A DNA stretch of 64,000 nucleotides. Source: Enterobacteria phage vB_EcoM_IME341. Positions 1 through 9,659 of this stretch are shown in pieces (within the stretch, counting starts at the first letter, position 1; every line of letters starts with the position of its first letter). The stretch is from the sequence record MH051917. The stretch is one strand, 5' to 3'. The notes beneath the pieces are model-generated. The model was not told the DNA's origin. It made no database searches and saw only the letters and a list, made by a program, of their open reading frames with translations. A program made the position numbers and the translations under genes.

Positions 1-161
1 TTTACAGGAATCTCGTAATGGTAGAATTATTCACAGAACCGCTTTGGATGCTGGAATTATTTACGATTACGTTTATTAATAAAGGGCCTTGCGGCCCTTA
101 TTTAGTTTATGATATTTTAGGAGATTAAGTTATTGACGAATAATTTTTAATAGGTGAATAT

Positions 162-341
162 ATGAAATTTAACAAATATATATGGGTGTTGATTTTCTTT
201 ATAGTGCTATTTTTGTTTTCGTTAATTTCATTAACTAGTGTGATGTTTGCTTCTATATTGGCTCTTTTCACCTGCATTAGTTCCTTTTTTGGGATAATAG
301 CTACTATAGATAAAATTTTACGTACCAAAAAGGGCCCTTAG
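162..341 (+). CDS. small hydrophobic (2-TM) protein, hypothetical; below the 60-aa ORF-track cutoff
   Basis: ATG 162 after AGGTGA; 59 codons, strongly hydrophobic; stop overlaps hairpin 331-346. Confidence 0.3.
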   Translation: MKFNKYIWVLIFFIVLFLFSLISLTSVMFASILALFTCISSFFGIIATIDKILRTKKGP

Positions 342-440
342 GCCCTTCCCTAAAAGCTTGCTTTATAATTCACGCCCATAACTTTGAGAAGAACCCAGCA
401 TAGTGAGCCTAAGGTGCTACTTGTCCTACCATGAATCTCC

Positions 441-470
441 TGTTTACAAGTTAAAATTCTCATGTTACTA
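441..470 (+). promoter_or_regulatory. early sigma70-type promoter (GTTTAC -35, 17-bp spacer, TACTAT -10)
   Basis: GTTTACA 441-447; TACTAT 465-470; precedes ORF 500. Confidence 0.55.
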
Positions 471-499
471 TTGAATAGTCAAATCACAAGAGAATTGTT

Positions 500-712
500 A
501 TGGATAAGATTAAAGTACATTTTTTACATGAATCAGGTATGAATTTTATTGATATTGCTAAAAAGATTGGCGGAACTGCCAGAGATATGGCTAAAGCTTG
601 GGCCGAAGTTGAGAATGCTAAGGCCAAGTTTAAAGCAAGAGAGAAAGTCGTATATCGTAAAAGATTAAACAACAAAAAGGTCAGCGCAAAGCGCGTTTTT
701 GGTCCAAAGTAA
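500..712 (+). CDS. small basic protein, possible HTH
   Basis: ORF with upstream early promoter; basic C-terminus. Confidence 0.45.
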   Translation: MDKIKVHFLHESGMNFIDIAKKIGGTARDMAKAWAEVENAKAKFKAREKVVYRKRLNNKKVSAKRVFGPK

Positions 713-752
713 TATGCTTTAAATTTAGGTGTGTTATAATGGGTCTAGGTCC
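711..752 (+). promoter_or_regulatory. middle-type promoter cassette (MotA-box-like TGCTTTA, 13 bp, extended -10 TGtTATAAT, conserved GGGTCTAGGTCC downstream)
   Basis: TGCTTTA 715-721; TATAAT 735-740; cassette recurs at 11902 and 63541. Confidence 0.55.
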
Positions 753-826
753 TTCCGTTAAACCATTTGGCTTGGTGACAGAAGAATACTAGCTCTTCTA
801 TTTAATTATATTTATTATGGTGATTT

Positions 827-1195
827 ATGCCGCTTCTTAAAAAGAGAAATGGTGCCACCCGTCAGGTCTTCCTGACGAAACGATACGCCATCAAAATACC
901 CAGTTTCTATAGTTGGAAATTGTTTTTAACTGGATTATGTTGTAATATAACAGAACATGAGTTTACATCTTTGAATGACTCGTATTTGTGCCCTGTTATA
1001 TGGAAATCTTGGTTAGGACTCGTTATAGTTATGCCAAGAGCTAAAGAAGTTACTAATATCGGGTTGTGGAAAACAGAAATACACCATGCTAGGCACCACA
1101 CTCTGGTAGAAAGCCTGTATATGTCTGATTGCAAGCCTTCAAATTATGGTTACCTTAAAGGTAAATTGGTTAAAATTGATTATGGAAGCAAATAA
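827..1195 (+). CDS. hypothetical protein
   Basis: 122-aa ORF downstream of the middle promoter, ends immediately before rnlB. Confidence 0.4.
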   Translation: MPLLKKRNGATRQVFLTKRYAIKIPSFYSWKLFLTGLCCNITEHEFTSLNDSYLCPVIWKSWLGLVIVMPRAKEVTNIGLWKTEIHHARHHTLVESLYMSDCKPSNYGYLKGKLVKIDYGSK

Positions 1196-1196
1196 T

Positions 1197-2204
1197 ATGT
1201 TCAAGAAATATAGCAGTCTCGAAAACCATTACAACAGTAAGTTTATCGAAAAACTCCGTACTAATGGTTTGACTGGTGGTGAATGGGTAGCACGTGAGAA
1301 GATTCATGGGACCAACTTTAGTTTAATCATAGAACGTGACGCAGTCACATGCGCCAAGCGCACTGGCCCTATCCTCCCTGCTGAAGATTTCTATGGCTAT
1401 GAAATTGTACTCAAGAACTATGCTGATTCTATTAAATCTGTTCAACATCTAATTGAATCGATTAATTACCAGTCGTACCAGATTTATGGTGAATTCGCTG
1501 GGCCAGGTATCCAGAAGAATGTGGACTACGGTGATAAAGACTTTTATGTGTTCGATATCCGAGTTACTAAGGAAGATGGTTCAGAATCTGTTCTAACCGA
1601 TACATTGATGGAAGCCTTCTGTATTATCCATAAGTTTAAGGTAGCTCCATGTCTGGCTACAGGTAGCTTTGAAGACCTTATTAAATTACCTAATGACTTT
1701 GATTCAGTTATTCCTGATTATAATTTTGCGGTGGATAACGCTGGCCTAACTATTGCAAACTCGACAGACTTTATTCCTAAGGTAGAAGGTAAAGTATTCA
1801 CGGCTGAAGGCTTTGTACTTAAACCTGATATTCCTACCTGGCTTCCAAACGGAAATCGTGTAGCGATTAAATGTAAGAACTCTAAATTCAGCGAGAAGAA
1901 AAAGTCTGATAAGCCTATTAAGGCTGCGGTAGTTTTATCCCAAGATGATATGGATTTGCTGTGGCAATTCACTGATTATGTGACAGTTAACCGTATCAAT
2001 AACGTTATTAGTAAGATTGGCGAAGTATCACCTAAAGATTTTGGAAAGGTAATGGGCTTGACGGTCCAAGATATCCTTGAAGAAGCTGCCCGTGAAGAAT
2101 TGGAATTAACTGACGCTGAAAATCCTGTTGAAGTTAAAAAGCAGCTCATTGAGTGCGTAAAAGAAACATTAAGACATGTTTGGATTGAACTAGTATCCAA
2201 ATAA
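1197..2204 (+). CDS. rnlB: RNA ligase 2 (Rnl2)
   Basis: N-terminus [12 protein letters not shown] and EKIHGTNFS nucleotidyltransferase motif I match recalled T4 Rnl2; about 335 aa. Confidence 0.85.
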   Translation: MFKKYSSLENHYNSKFIEKLRTNGLTGGEWVAREKIHGTNFSLIIERDAVTCAKRTGPILPAEDFYGYEIVLKNYADSIKSVQHLIESINYQSYQIYGEFAGPGIQKNVDYGDKDFYVFDIRVTKEDGSESVLTDTLMEAFCIIHKFKVAPCLATGSFEDLIKLPNDFDSVIPDYNFAVDNAGLTIANSTDFIPKVEGKVFTAEGFVLKPDIPTWLPNGNRVAIKCKNSKFSEKKKSDKPIKAAVVLSQDDMDLLWQFTDYVTVNRINNVISKIGEVSPKDFGKVMGLTVQDILEEAAREELELTDAENPVEVKKQLIECVKETLRHVWIELVSK

Positions 2205-2211
2205 ATGATAA

Positions 2212-2235
2212 AGGGACCGTAAGGTCCCTTTTTTT
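2212..2235. terminator. bidirectional intrinsic terminator between convergent rnlB and gp24 paralogue
   Basis: AGGGACC-GTAA-GGTCCCT hairpin flanked by A-run and T-run. Confidence 0.7.
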
Positions 2236-3517
2236 AGTTTTTATCCAATGGAGGAAGTTTAACACCAAGATAAGAACTCAATTGACTTTGATTAGCCATT
2301 TTGTCCATATCCGCACCGTCAATAATACGAGCTTCTTTGTCGTCTTTAGCGACGGTATAAGGATTCGCAGTCAATGCATACCGAGCCAATAAAGATATGG
2401 TAGGTTGCAATGAATCTGGGTCTACAATAACCTTGAATTCACCTACTGAAGTATCACCTTCATCATCAACTTCTTCGAGCCCTTCCGTATAAGGCGCATA
2501 ATACAAAGATGCGACCGTCTGCCCTTCACCCATCTGAGCATTTACACCGACAATAACATAATCACACGGACTATTCATATCAGCATAAAGTGGTAGACCG
2601 TTCTTTAATATGCCATAAGCTAATTCGTCTTGGTCTTCTTTTTTCTCAACCCAACCGGATGCAGCTAAAATAGCGGCGCAACGAGAAGAAGCTACTGCAT
2701 AAGTACCTGCAAACGAAGTCTGGCGTTGAACAGCAGAATTCATTTCACACATATAGTAATACAAGGTACGCGCTCGGTCTTGGGCGTTATCATATTGTGG
2801 GTCTGTTAAGTTCAAGACGCCTTTCTCGGAAACTCCTTGGACTTTAAAACGAGAACTTACCGTAATTAAGGACTGTAATACGTCTTTATTAATTTCTTCG
2901 GCCATTTGAATAGCCAAAATATTGTCTATAAAGTCTGGTGCATTAAACCCGTTGGATTCTAAATCCTGGGCCAGTTCTACAGTCAAAGAAGTTTTAAGTT
3001 TACGCGATTTAACTTCAGTCTGCCACTTATCAATACGGAATCCTGCTTCAGCAATCTCAGGATGGCCTTTTTCAAATTTATTGGTAAAGGCTGCATCAGA
3101 CATCATACGAATATGGCCTGCTGCAATAGCTTCTGAAATAACTTCACCCAAATCGGTTTCAGTTGTTCCTGCAAACGGAGAAGCTTCTAATACCTTGAAA
3201 ACCACACTTTCGAATTGGAACATATCACCAACAGCATATGCTTCGTCTTTATCGGTGAATTCAGGAATGTTTTTACGTTCGAACATACCAATTTCGCCTG
3301 CAAAAGTGGCTCCGCCGAGATAAGTCATTTTATCGTCTGGGTTTAAAACACGGACACCATATAATGCTGCAACAGGTTGAGTAGTTTTTTGTTCAGCAAC
3401 AAGGGCTTTAAAAATTCTTTTATTAGTTGCCTGGGTATATGAAAGAAGATTAGGACGGGCGACCTGGTTGGCCGCCGTCAAAGTTGATTCTTGTATTAAT
3501 GCATTAATCTTTTTCAT
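2234..3517 (-). CDS. second, diverged copy of capsid vertex protein gp24
   Basis: 427 aa, same length and alignable end to end with adjacent gp24 at clearly lower identity. Confidence 0.85.
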   Translation of the reverse strand: MKKINALIQESTLTAANQVARPNLLSYTQATNKRIFKALVAEQKTTQPVAALYGVRVLNPDDKMTYLGGATFAGEIGMFERKNIPEFTDKDEAYAVGDMFQFESVVFKVLEASPFAGTTETDLGEVISEAIAAGHIRMMSDAAFTNKFEKGHPEIAEAGFRIDKWQTEVKSRKLKTSLTVELAQDLESNGFNAPDFIDNILAIQMAEEINKDVLQSLITVSSRFKVQGVSEKGVLNLTDPQYDNAQDRARTLYYYMCEMNSAVQRQTSFAGTYAVASSRCAAILAASGWVEKKEDQDELAYGILKNGLPLYADMNSPCDYVIVGVNAQMGEGQTVASLYYAPYTEGLEEVDDEGDTSVGEFKVIVDPDSLQPTISLLARYALTANPYTVAKDDKEARIIDGADMDKMANQSQLSSYLGVKLPPLDKN

Positions 3518-4798
3518 TTATGCCTCGTAAATAATTGGAGGAAGTTTAACACCAAGCAGATAAGACATATTACTCTGCCCTGCCATTAAATCCATATTAG
3601 TTGCGTCTATAACACGAGCTTCTTTATCATCTTTAGCAACGGTATACGGGTTTGCTGAAAGTGCATAACGAACCATCAGAGAAATAGCCGGTTGCAAACT
3701 ATCAGGGTCTACAATAACTTTATAGGCACCAACATGTTCTTGGTCGTCTAAATCCAGACCTTCGGTATACGGAGCATAGAAAATAGAACCAACTACTTCA
3801 TTACCGCCGTAATCTTCTTTAACGCCTACGATAACATAATCTAAAGGACTATTAACATCACAGAATACAGGCAATCCATTAATCAAATAACCGTAAGCAG
3901 TTTCTGGGAGCCAAGCTTCATCTTCTGGTTTATGTTTCAACCAACCTGAACCTGCAAGCATTGCGGCTACACGACTAGATGCGACAACAAACGTACCTGA
4001 ATAAGAAGTGGTTTTCTGAATTTCAGAATTCATCTCACAAACCATTTCATATAATTTACGTGCACTTTCTGGAGCGGAATTATAGGACAAATCAATAATA
4101 CCGTTATCAGATACACCAGTTACTTTGTAACGTTTAGATACGGTAATCAAGGATTGTAATACGTCTTTATTGATTTCATCAGCCATTACAGTGGCTAAAA
4201 GGTCTTCTAAGAACGCAGGGGCGTCGAAGCCATTAGATTCCATGTCTTGGGCTAGTTCTACAGTCAAAGCGGTTTTAAGCTTACGGGACTTAACAGGGGC
4301 GTTCCATTTATTAACCTGGAATACTGCATTGCTAATTTCAACATCACCTGCTTCGAATTTTTCTGTGTGGGCCGCATCAGGAACAAGACGACAAGTTAAT
4401 GACACCAAACCTTCTTGAAGGGCATCAGCCAATTCTGTAGCGCTAGTGGATGCGAGTGGGCTTGCTTGAAGAGCCTTATAAACCACATTCTGATACTTGA
4501 AATATTCACCCTCGGCAATCGCCTGGGCCTTATCTGTGAGTTCCGGGATAGTTTCACGGTCTTTAGAACCAACTTCACCGCCATAAACGGCACCAGTTTG
4601 GAAGCTGAATTCATTATCAGGGGTAAGATATTTGACACCATACAATGCAGCAATAGGCTGGCTAGTACGTTGTTCAGCAATAATATCACGGTAAATCAAT
4701 TTGGTTGTAGCACGGGTCAAAGCAACAAGATTAGGGCGACCCAATGAGTTGCTAGAAGTAGTTGTTGACTCGCGCAGTAATTCGTTAATCTTTGCCAT
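3518..4798 (-). CDS. 24: capsid vertex protein gp24
   Basis: 426 aa; N-terminus MAKINELLRESTTTSSNS; position next to gp23 as in T4. Confidence 0.9.
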   Translation of the reverse strand: MAKINELLRESTTTSSNSLGRPNLVALTRATTKLIYRDIIAEQRTSQPIAALYGVKYLTPDNEFSFQTGAVYGGEVGSKDRETIPELTDKAQAIAEGEYFKYQNVVYKALQASPLASTSATELADALQEGLVSLTCRLVPDAAHTEKFEAGDVEISNAVFQVNKWNAPVKSRKLKTALTVELAQDMESNGFDAPAFLEDLLATVMADEINKDVLQSLITVSKRYKVTGVSDNGIIDLSYNSAPESARKLYEMVCEMNSEIQKTTSYSGTFVVASSRVAAMLAGSGWLKHKPEDEAWLPETAYGYLINGLPVFCDVNSPLDYVIVGVKEDYGGNEVVGSIFYAPYTEGLDLDDQEHVGAYKVIVDPDSLQPAISLMVRYALSANPYTVAKDDKEARVIDATNMDLMAGQSNMSYLLGVKLPPIIYEA

Positions 4799-4826
4799 TG
4801 CGCTTTCCTTATTGAGGGTATATGTT

Positions 4827-4834
4827 TATTTATA
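4827..4834 (-). promoter_or_regulatory. late promoter TATAAATA for gp24
   Basis: TATTTATA on plus strand about 29 nt upstream of gp24 start. Confidence 0.6.
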
Positions 4835-4840
4835 AAAGTT

Positions 4841-4880
4841 GTTTACAGCAAGGTTATCACATGTTACTATAGACCTATCA
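4841..4880 (+). promoter_or_regulatory. early promoter cassette (GTTTAC-17-TACTAT-AGACCTATCA)
   Basis: consensus cassette; precedes ORF 4900. Confidence 0.65.
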
Positions 4881-4899
4881 AAACATGAGGAGATTAAAA

Positions 4900-5166
4900 A
4901 TGAACAAGTTAAACTTTATTCGTACTACTCTTTCCGCTCTTGATAAAGACATCAAAGCCCTGGTAGAAAAATATGGTTCCAATCCTAACGGTAATGCAGT
5001 GAATGCACTAGTTAAGAAATACGAAGCCATGGCTTATGCTACCGACTTCTGGTGGAACGGTGAATACTCTACCCATACCAAAGACAAATCTGGTAACTGG
5101 CTGAAAATCCAAGAAAATCGTATTGACTTCCGTGATATCATCAACCGTCGTGTCAAAGCAGCGTAA
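4900..5166 (+). CDS. hypothetical protein, first gene of insert between gp24 and gp23
   Basis: ATG 4900 after GAGGAG; 88 aa. Confidence 0.5.
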   Translation: MNKLNFIRTTLSALDKDIKALVEKYGSNPNGNAVNALVKKYEAMAYATDFWWNGEYSTHTKDKSGNWLKIQENRIDFRDIINRRVKAA

Positions 5167-5169
5167 AAT

Positions 5170-5841
5170 ATGAATTATTTAATTTACAAAATAACCAATC
5201 TCATTAATAACAAGATTTATGTTGGAGCCCATGCCACTACAGATGTTAATGATTCTTATATGGGCTCCGGGGTTAACATAGTAAAATCCATAAAGAAATA
5301 CGGCTTAGAGAATTTTAAAAAGGAAATCCTTTTCAATTTCGAAACATCTGAAGAGATGTATGCTAAGGAAGCCGAACTAGTTGACGAGGCTTTTGTTATG
5401 AGAACAGATACTTATAATGCAGCTTTAGGTGGTAAGGGTAATCCTGTTATAGTAGCTTTACAGGAACCTGGGTATCGTGAGATGTTATCCGAAAAGACCA
5501 AGGCAGGTATGACCAAGGAAGTAAGGGCCAAAATGTCTAAATCGAAAACAGGTTCTAAAGAATCCAAAGAGCACCGAGAAAACAAATCTATAGCTAATAA
5601 AAAGTTTTATGAGAATAGGGATTCTCATCTTAAAGGTAGGAAACTATCGGAAGAACATAAAGCCAAAATTAGAGAGAACTCTAATAAAGGTAAGAAATTT
5701 GTATTTGTTGATATAATGATTAAAGGATATAGATTTGACAGATACGAAACCGCCGCCGAATTTTTTAATGTTACCGGAGCTACCATTCGTAATTGGATTA
5801 AAGAAACAAGGCCTCAATTTGACGATTGCTATAAGTTATAG
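5170..5841 (+). CDS. GIY-YIG homing endonuclease, SegD-like by position
   Basis: N-terminal IYKITNLINNKIYVGAH...YMGSG GIY-YIG motif; C-terminal NUMOD-like K/S-rich repeats; sits between genes 23 and 24. Confidence 0.8.
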   Translation: MNYLIYKITNLINNKIYVGAHATTDVNDSYMGSGVNIVKSIKKYGLENFKKEILFNFETSEEMYAKEAELVDEAFVMRTDTYNAALGGKGNPVIVALQEPGYREMLSEKTKAGMTKEVRAKMSKSKTGSKESKEHRENKSIANKKFYENRDSHLKGRKLSEEHKAKIRENSNKGKKFVFVDIMIKGYRFDRYETAAEFFNVTGATIRNWIKETRPQFDDCYKL

Positions 5842-5851
5842 AAACAAGAAT

Positions 5852-5869
5852 GGGAGACCGAAGTCTCCC
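5852..5869 (-). terminator. terminator hairpin downstream of gp23
   Basis: GGGAGAC-TTCG-GTCTCCC on minus strand, 30 nt after gp23 stop, followed by U-rich tract. Confidence 0.6.
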
Positions 5870-5899
5870 AAATAATTTAAGAATTAATAACTTATGTTA

Positions 5900-7459
5900 T
5901 CAAATTCCCTTAACGTAAACGCGACGGAAGTAACCATTCAGACCGAGGCTGTTAACGATGTCAGGCATACCATTCTGAATACGTTTGGTAGGCGCCTGAG
6001 CAGCTGGGTCAGCGAACGGGTTAATACCGATACCGTAACGAGTTTTGAAGCCCATTACCGGTTGGAAGTTCTTCGGATCGGAACCACGCAGCGGAGTCAG
6101 TGCAACGTACGGAGCATAGTAGATACCTGCGTCCATTTCGTTAGAACCTTTATAACCGATGGTGAAGTAATCGGAACGAGCATACTGGTCGATGTAAACA
6201 CGATATTTACCACCAAGAACACCGGCAAATACTGCTTTGGTTGTGTCAACGTTGAAACCCTGACCCAAACCTTGAGCTGCATAACTTACAGAAGTATCAA
6301 CTGCAGCCAGTACGTTAACTACGTTACGGGAAGCGATGATGAAGTTACCAGCACCACGACCGGTCTGACGAGCGATTTCGGCTGCTTCTTTATCAATCTG
6401 GAACAGAAGGGCTTTAAAGCTCTCACCGGCCCAACGAGCACCACGGATATCAATCGGGTCCTGGAAGTCAAACACACCAGCTTTAGCGCCAACGGTGTTG
6501 GTCATACCAGATTTACCAACCTGTGCAGAGTAGTTAATCCAATCGATAACTTCACGGTTGATTTCGAGCATAATTTCGGTAGCAAGGATACCGGACAGTT
6601 CAGCATCTGCATCCATACCGTGTACTGCACGAAGGTCCTGTGCCAGTTCGATAGAGTAGCTTGCTTTCAGCTGACGGGATTTAGCTTCGATAACTTGTTT
6701 GTCGATGCGGAAGCCCATTTCGTTCCACGGGTTATCGGTAGAACCGTTGAAACCTTCCTGAAGTTCAGCGATAGAAGTAGCCATACCTTCAGCGATTTCA
6801 GCCAGTTGACCAGCTTCAACCAGAGCGGTAACAGCAGCATCCAGTTTAGCGGCATCAGTAGCGCCTGCATCAACGGTCACAGCTTCAACAGCCTGGAAGT
6901 GTGCAGCACCGGTAGCTTCGAAGAAGTGAGAATAAATTTTACCAACTTCCAGAACTTTGCTTGCAGCCAGTGCTTCGAAAGTTTCAGCAGCACCCTGACC
7001 AGAGAACATAGCGTTCGGAGCATACATCGGATGGAAAGCTTCTTTAGCGCCTGCAGCGATAGGGTCTTTACCGTATACTGCACGCAGTGCAAATACCTGA
7101 CCAGTAGGGTTATTCAGAGGCTGAACACCACAAATATCAAAAGCAATCAGATGAGGAATAGCACGACGAACCATACCCATTACTGCCGGCCCAATCTGAG
7201 TTACAGCACCAGAGGTCTGGCCAGCTGCGATATTGGTAGCATCATAACCGTGGTCACCACCGATTTCAGCTTCAGTCAGGAAAGAACCAAATGCTTCGGA
7301 GATTTTTTCGTCACGATATTCTGGAGCAGTCAGGATGTCTTGTTCCTGGTTTTCGAAAATTTTAGCGATGATAGCTTGTTTAGAAGCACCAACGATTTCA
7401 GGAAGAGCTTCGTTTTCCAGCAGAGCGGACCATTTTTGAACTAATGCATTCTTTTTCAT
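5900..7459 (-). CDS. 23: major capsid protein gp23
   Basis: 519 aa; synteny 22-23-24; gp23/gp24 paralogy visible. Confidence 0.95.
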   Translation of the reverse strand: MKKNALVQKWSALLENEALPEIVGASKQAIIAKIFENQEQDILTAPEYRDEKISEAFGSFLTEAEIGGDHGYDATNIAAGQTSGAVTQIGPAVMGMVRRAIPHLIAFDICGVQPLNNPTGQVFALRAVYGKDPIAAGAKEAFHPMYAPNAMFSGQGAAETFEALAASKVLEVGKIYSHFFEATGAAHFQAVEAVTVDAGATDAAKLDAAVTALVEAGQLAEIAEGMATSIAELQEGFNGSTDNPWNEMGFRIDKQVIEAKSRQLKASYSIELAQDLRAVHGMDADAELSGILATEIMLEINREVIDWINYSAQVGKSGMTNTVGAKAGVFDFQDPIDIRGARWAGESFKALLFQIDKEAAEIARQTGRGAGNFIIASRNVVNVLAAVDTSVSYAAQGLGQGFNVDTTKAVFAGVLGGKYRVYIDQYARSDYFTIGYKGSNEMDAGIYYAPYVALTPLRGSDPKNFQPVMGFKTRYGIGINPFADPAAQAPTKRIQNGMPDIVNSLGLNGYFRRVYVKGI

Positions 7460-7480
7460 GTGTTGTATAACCTTATTAAA

Positions 7481-8296
7481 TTAAGAAATTCGTGATGCTG
7501 CGATTGCAGACAGGTCCGCGAAGGACAGGGTAGGCTTAGCGCCTTTTTCTTCAACTGCTTCCGAAATGTAATTCAGTGCTGCAGCATCGTCTTCAGTTTT
7601 ATTTATAGCGGCTTCGGTGATTGGTTTTTCAACGTCAGACTGACCTTTAACCATTTCAACGATAGCGCTAATTTTTTTACCAAATGCATCGGAATAATCC
7701 ATGCCTTCTACCAGAGAACTAACTTTTTCTTTCTGAGATTCGGTCAGGTCTTTGGTTGCTTCCGTAACAGCAACTTCACGCTGTACGTAATTGATATAAG
7801 AATCACGCTTACCAACTTCTTCGAACAGGCGAGCGGTTTCGGCTTTCTGTTCAGCCAATTCTTCTTCCATTTCAGCAACAACATCTACTGCTTCTTCTGG
7901 AACAACCACATTGTGTTCAACAAACAGTTCTTTCATACCCATCAACATGGATTCGAACAGTTCGGCTTTAATACCTTTATCAACAGCCAGCTGGTTTTCA
8001 GCCATCCATTCTTTAGCAACGTGGTCAAGGAAACGACCGGCAGCTTCTTGGATTTTCTTATCGGCTTTTTCTTCAGCTTCTTCTTTATTTTTCTCAACTT
8101 CTTCTTCCGCTTTTTCAGCGATTTTAGCGATGTGAGATTCAGCCAGTTTCACGGCGTGTTGCTTGACGGTAGCTTCGAATACAGTGCCGAAAGTTTCTTT
8201 TGCTTCCGGAGAAATATTAACTGATTCGAAAATACTATCAAGAGCAACGGAAGCATCAATATTCTGTGCTTCGGCAATCAGTTGTTCTTTAAGCAT
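7481..8296 (-). CDS. 22: prohead core scaffold protein gp22
   Basis: 271 aa, highly acidic coiled-coil; synteny. Confidence 0.85.
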   Translation of the reverse strand: MLKEQLIAEAQNIDASVALDSIFESVNISPEAKETFGTVFEATVKQHAVKLAESHIAKIAEKAEEEVEKNKEEAEEKADKKIQEAAGRFLDHVAKEWMAENQLAVDKGIKAELFESMLMGMKELFVEHNVVVPEEAVDVVAEMEEELAEQKAETARLFEEVGKRDSYINYVQREVAVTEATKDLTESQKEKVSSLVEGMDYSDAFGKKISAIVEMVKGQSDVEKPITEAAINKTEDDAAALNYISEAVEEKGAKPTLSFADLSAIAASRIS

Positions 8297-8323
8297 TTTG
8301 TAGTCCTGTTGTTTAGATAATAA

Positions 8324-8331
8324 TATTTATA
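8324..8331 (-). promoter_or_regulatory. late promoter TATAAATA for gp22
   Basis: TATTTATA on plus strand 28 nt upstream of gp22 ATG. Confidence 0.55.
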
Positions 8332-8962
8332 ACGCTTTTTTCATGGCCTCTGCGAGAGCCATAAAGGCGTCATCGGCACTGGTATCGGTTTCTACCGTTT
8401 GTGATTCTGTAATTTGCTTTGGAGTTACATAAGCATCAGGAGCAGATGGTCCCCATACTGCATCAACACCGACGGTTAATTTATAACCTTCGTTTACACG
8501 CTTATATCCTTTGTTGGTTTCGGTTAAAGAACCAAGACCACGAGAACTAACACCAGGAACCCAACCTGCTCGAATATTTGCAGCTAGTTTATCACCTGGA
8601 CCATGGTCACCTTCGATGATACGTGCACGTCCATAAACGTCATTACCTTTCCACCACATATCTTCTATAATAATAGCGGCTTGCATAGGGTCGACGTTAG
8701 CACGAGGCGGATGATTTAATTCTCCTAAAGCTTGTTTAGTAGCAACTTGTTCTGCCATATAATCGGCAACGGCTTTTTCCAAAATAGGTTTTGGGTAAAG
8801 ACGTTTATTACGGTTAACTACTTCGGCTTGCATGAAAATGCCTTCTATATAAAGGCCTGGGGCAAGTCCAGAATCTTTCCCATCATGAGATTCCAACATA
8901 GGAACCCCATCGATAATTTCACCTGGTTGTCCCCAATGTTCGATGAGCAATTCAGGTTTCAT
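8327..8962 (-). CDS. 21: prohead protease gp21
   Basis: 211 aa; synteny between gp68 and gp22. Confidence 0.85.
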   Translation of the reverse strand: MKPELLIEHWGQPGEIIDGVPMLESHDGKDSGLAPGLYIEGIFMQAEVVNRNKRLYPKPILEKAVADYMAEQVATKQALGELNHPPRANVDPMQAAIIIEDMWWKGNDVYGRARIIEGDHGPGDKLAANIRAGWVPGVSSRGLGSLTETNKGYKRVNEGYKLTVGVDAVWGPSAPDAYVTPKQITESQTVETDTSADDAFMALAEAMKKAL

Positions 8963-9390
8963 TAGTTAAGTCCAAAGGCTTTACGTTTAGAACGAGCTTT
9001 TTTACGCTTACGTTCAGCACGTACTTGAGTAGACGGATTAGCACGTTTGGTTTTAGATGCTTTGCGAGCAATCTGACGGCGTTTTGCTTTAGATAACCCA
9101 GTCGTTTGATAAGCATTGCGTTGACGGGTTTTAATATCTTTAGTACGAGTAAGCTCACCTTTAGAGGAGACATGCTTAACGATAAATTCGTTAAGAGCCA
9201 TATTTTCATTCAAAGAAGCAATGGCAATAGCTGTATCGATATCACCATCAGCAATCATGTTCTCTACAAGATTATTTATATCGCTTTTCTCGAGTGCTTC
9301 AGAAAGAATAGCAAAACGTCCCTGTGCTTCTAGAATTTTGGCCTCTACGCTTTCAAGAGTTAATTCGTAATCATCAGGGATAAGGAACAT
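8962..9390 (-). CDS. 68: prohead core protein gp68
   Basis: 142 aa, basic C-terminus; synteny. Confidence 0.7.
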   Translation of the reverse strand: MFLIPDDYELTLESVEAKILEAQGRFAILSEALEKSDINNLVENMIADGDIDTAIAIASLNENMALNEFIVKHVSSKGELTRTKDIKTRQRNAYQTTGLSKAKRRQIARKASKTKRANPSTQVRAERKRKKARSKRKAFGLN

Positions 9391-9659
9391 TATTCATCGT
9401 CCTCGTCGTCATCGCCATCATCACCTTCATCCGCGTCGTCAGATTCTTTTTTGTCTTTCTTATCTGCTTTATCGGATTTTTTGTCATCTTCGTCTTCGTC
9501 ATCTTCGTCAGCTTCTTCGCCTTCAATCATAACGGAGCGAGCAATTTCTGCTTTACGGGCTTCAATCAAAGCGGCTACTCGAGATTCGATAAGCGGGGCT
9601 GCTGCTTTACGAACTGCTACGAGGTCGTTTGATTTAATAGCTTCGATTAAATCTTCCAT
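9390..9659 (-). CDS. 67: prohead core protein gp67
   Basis: 89 aa with acidic D/E tail; synteny after gp20. Confidence 0.7.
   Translation of the reverse strand: MEDLIEAIKSNDLVAVRKAAAPLIESRVAALIEARKAEIARSVMIEGEEADEDDEDEDDKKSDKADKKDKKESDDADEGDDGDDDEDDE

Noticed and set aside
125-328. 67-aa minus-strand ORF
   Set aside because: Overlaps the more plausible plus-strand small membrane ORF (162-341) and the flanking hairpins; no RBS, AT-rich low-complexity translation.
5894-7444. 516-aa plus-strand ORF
   Set aside because: Fully antisense to the major capsid gene gp23; Cys/Ser/Thr-rich low-complexity translation, no RBS or promoter.
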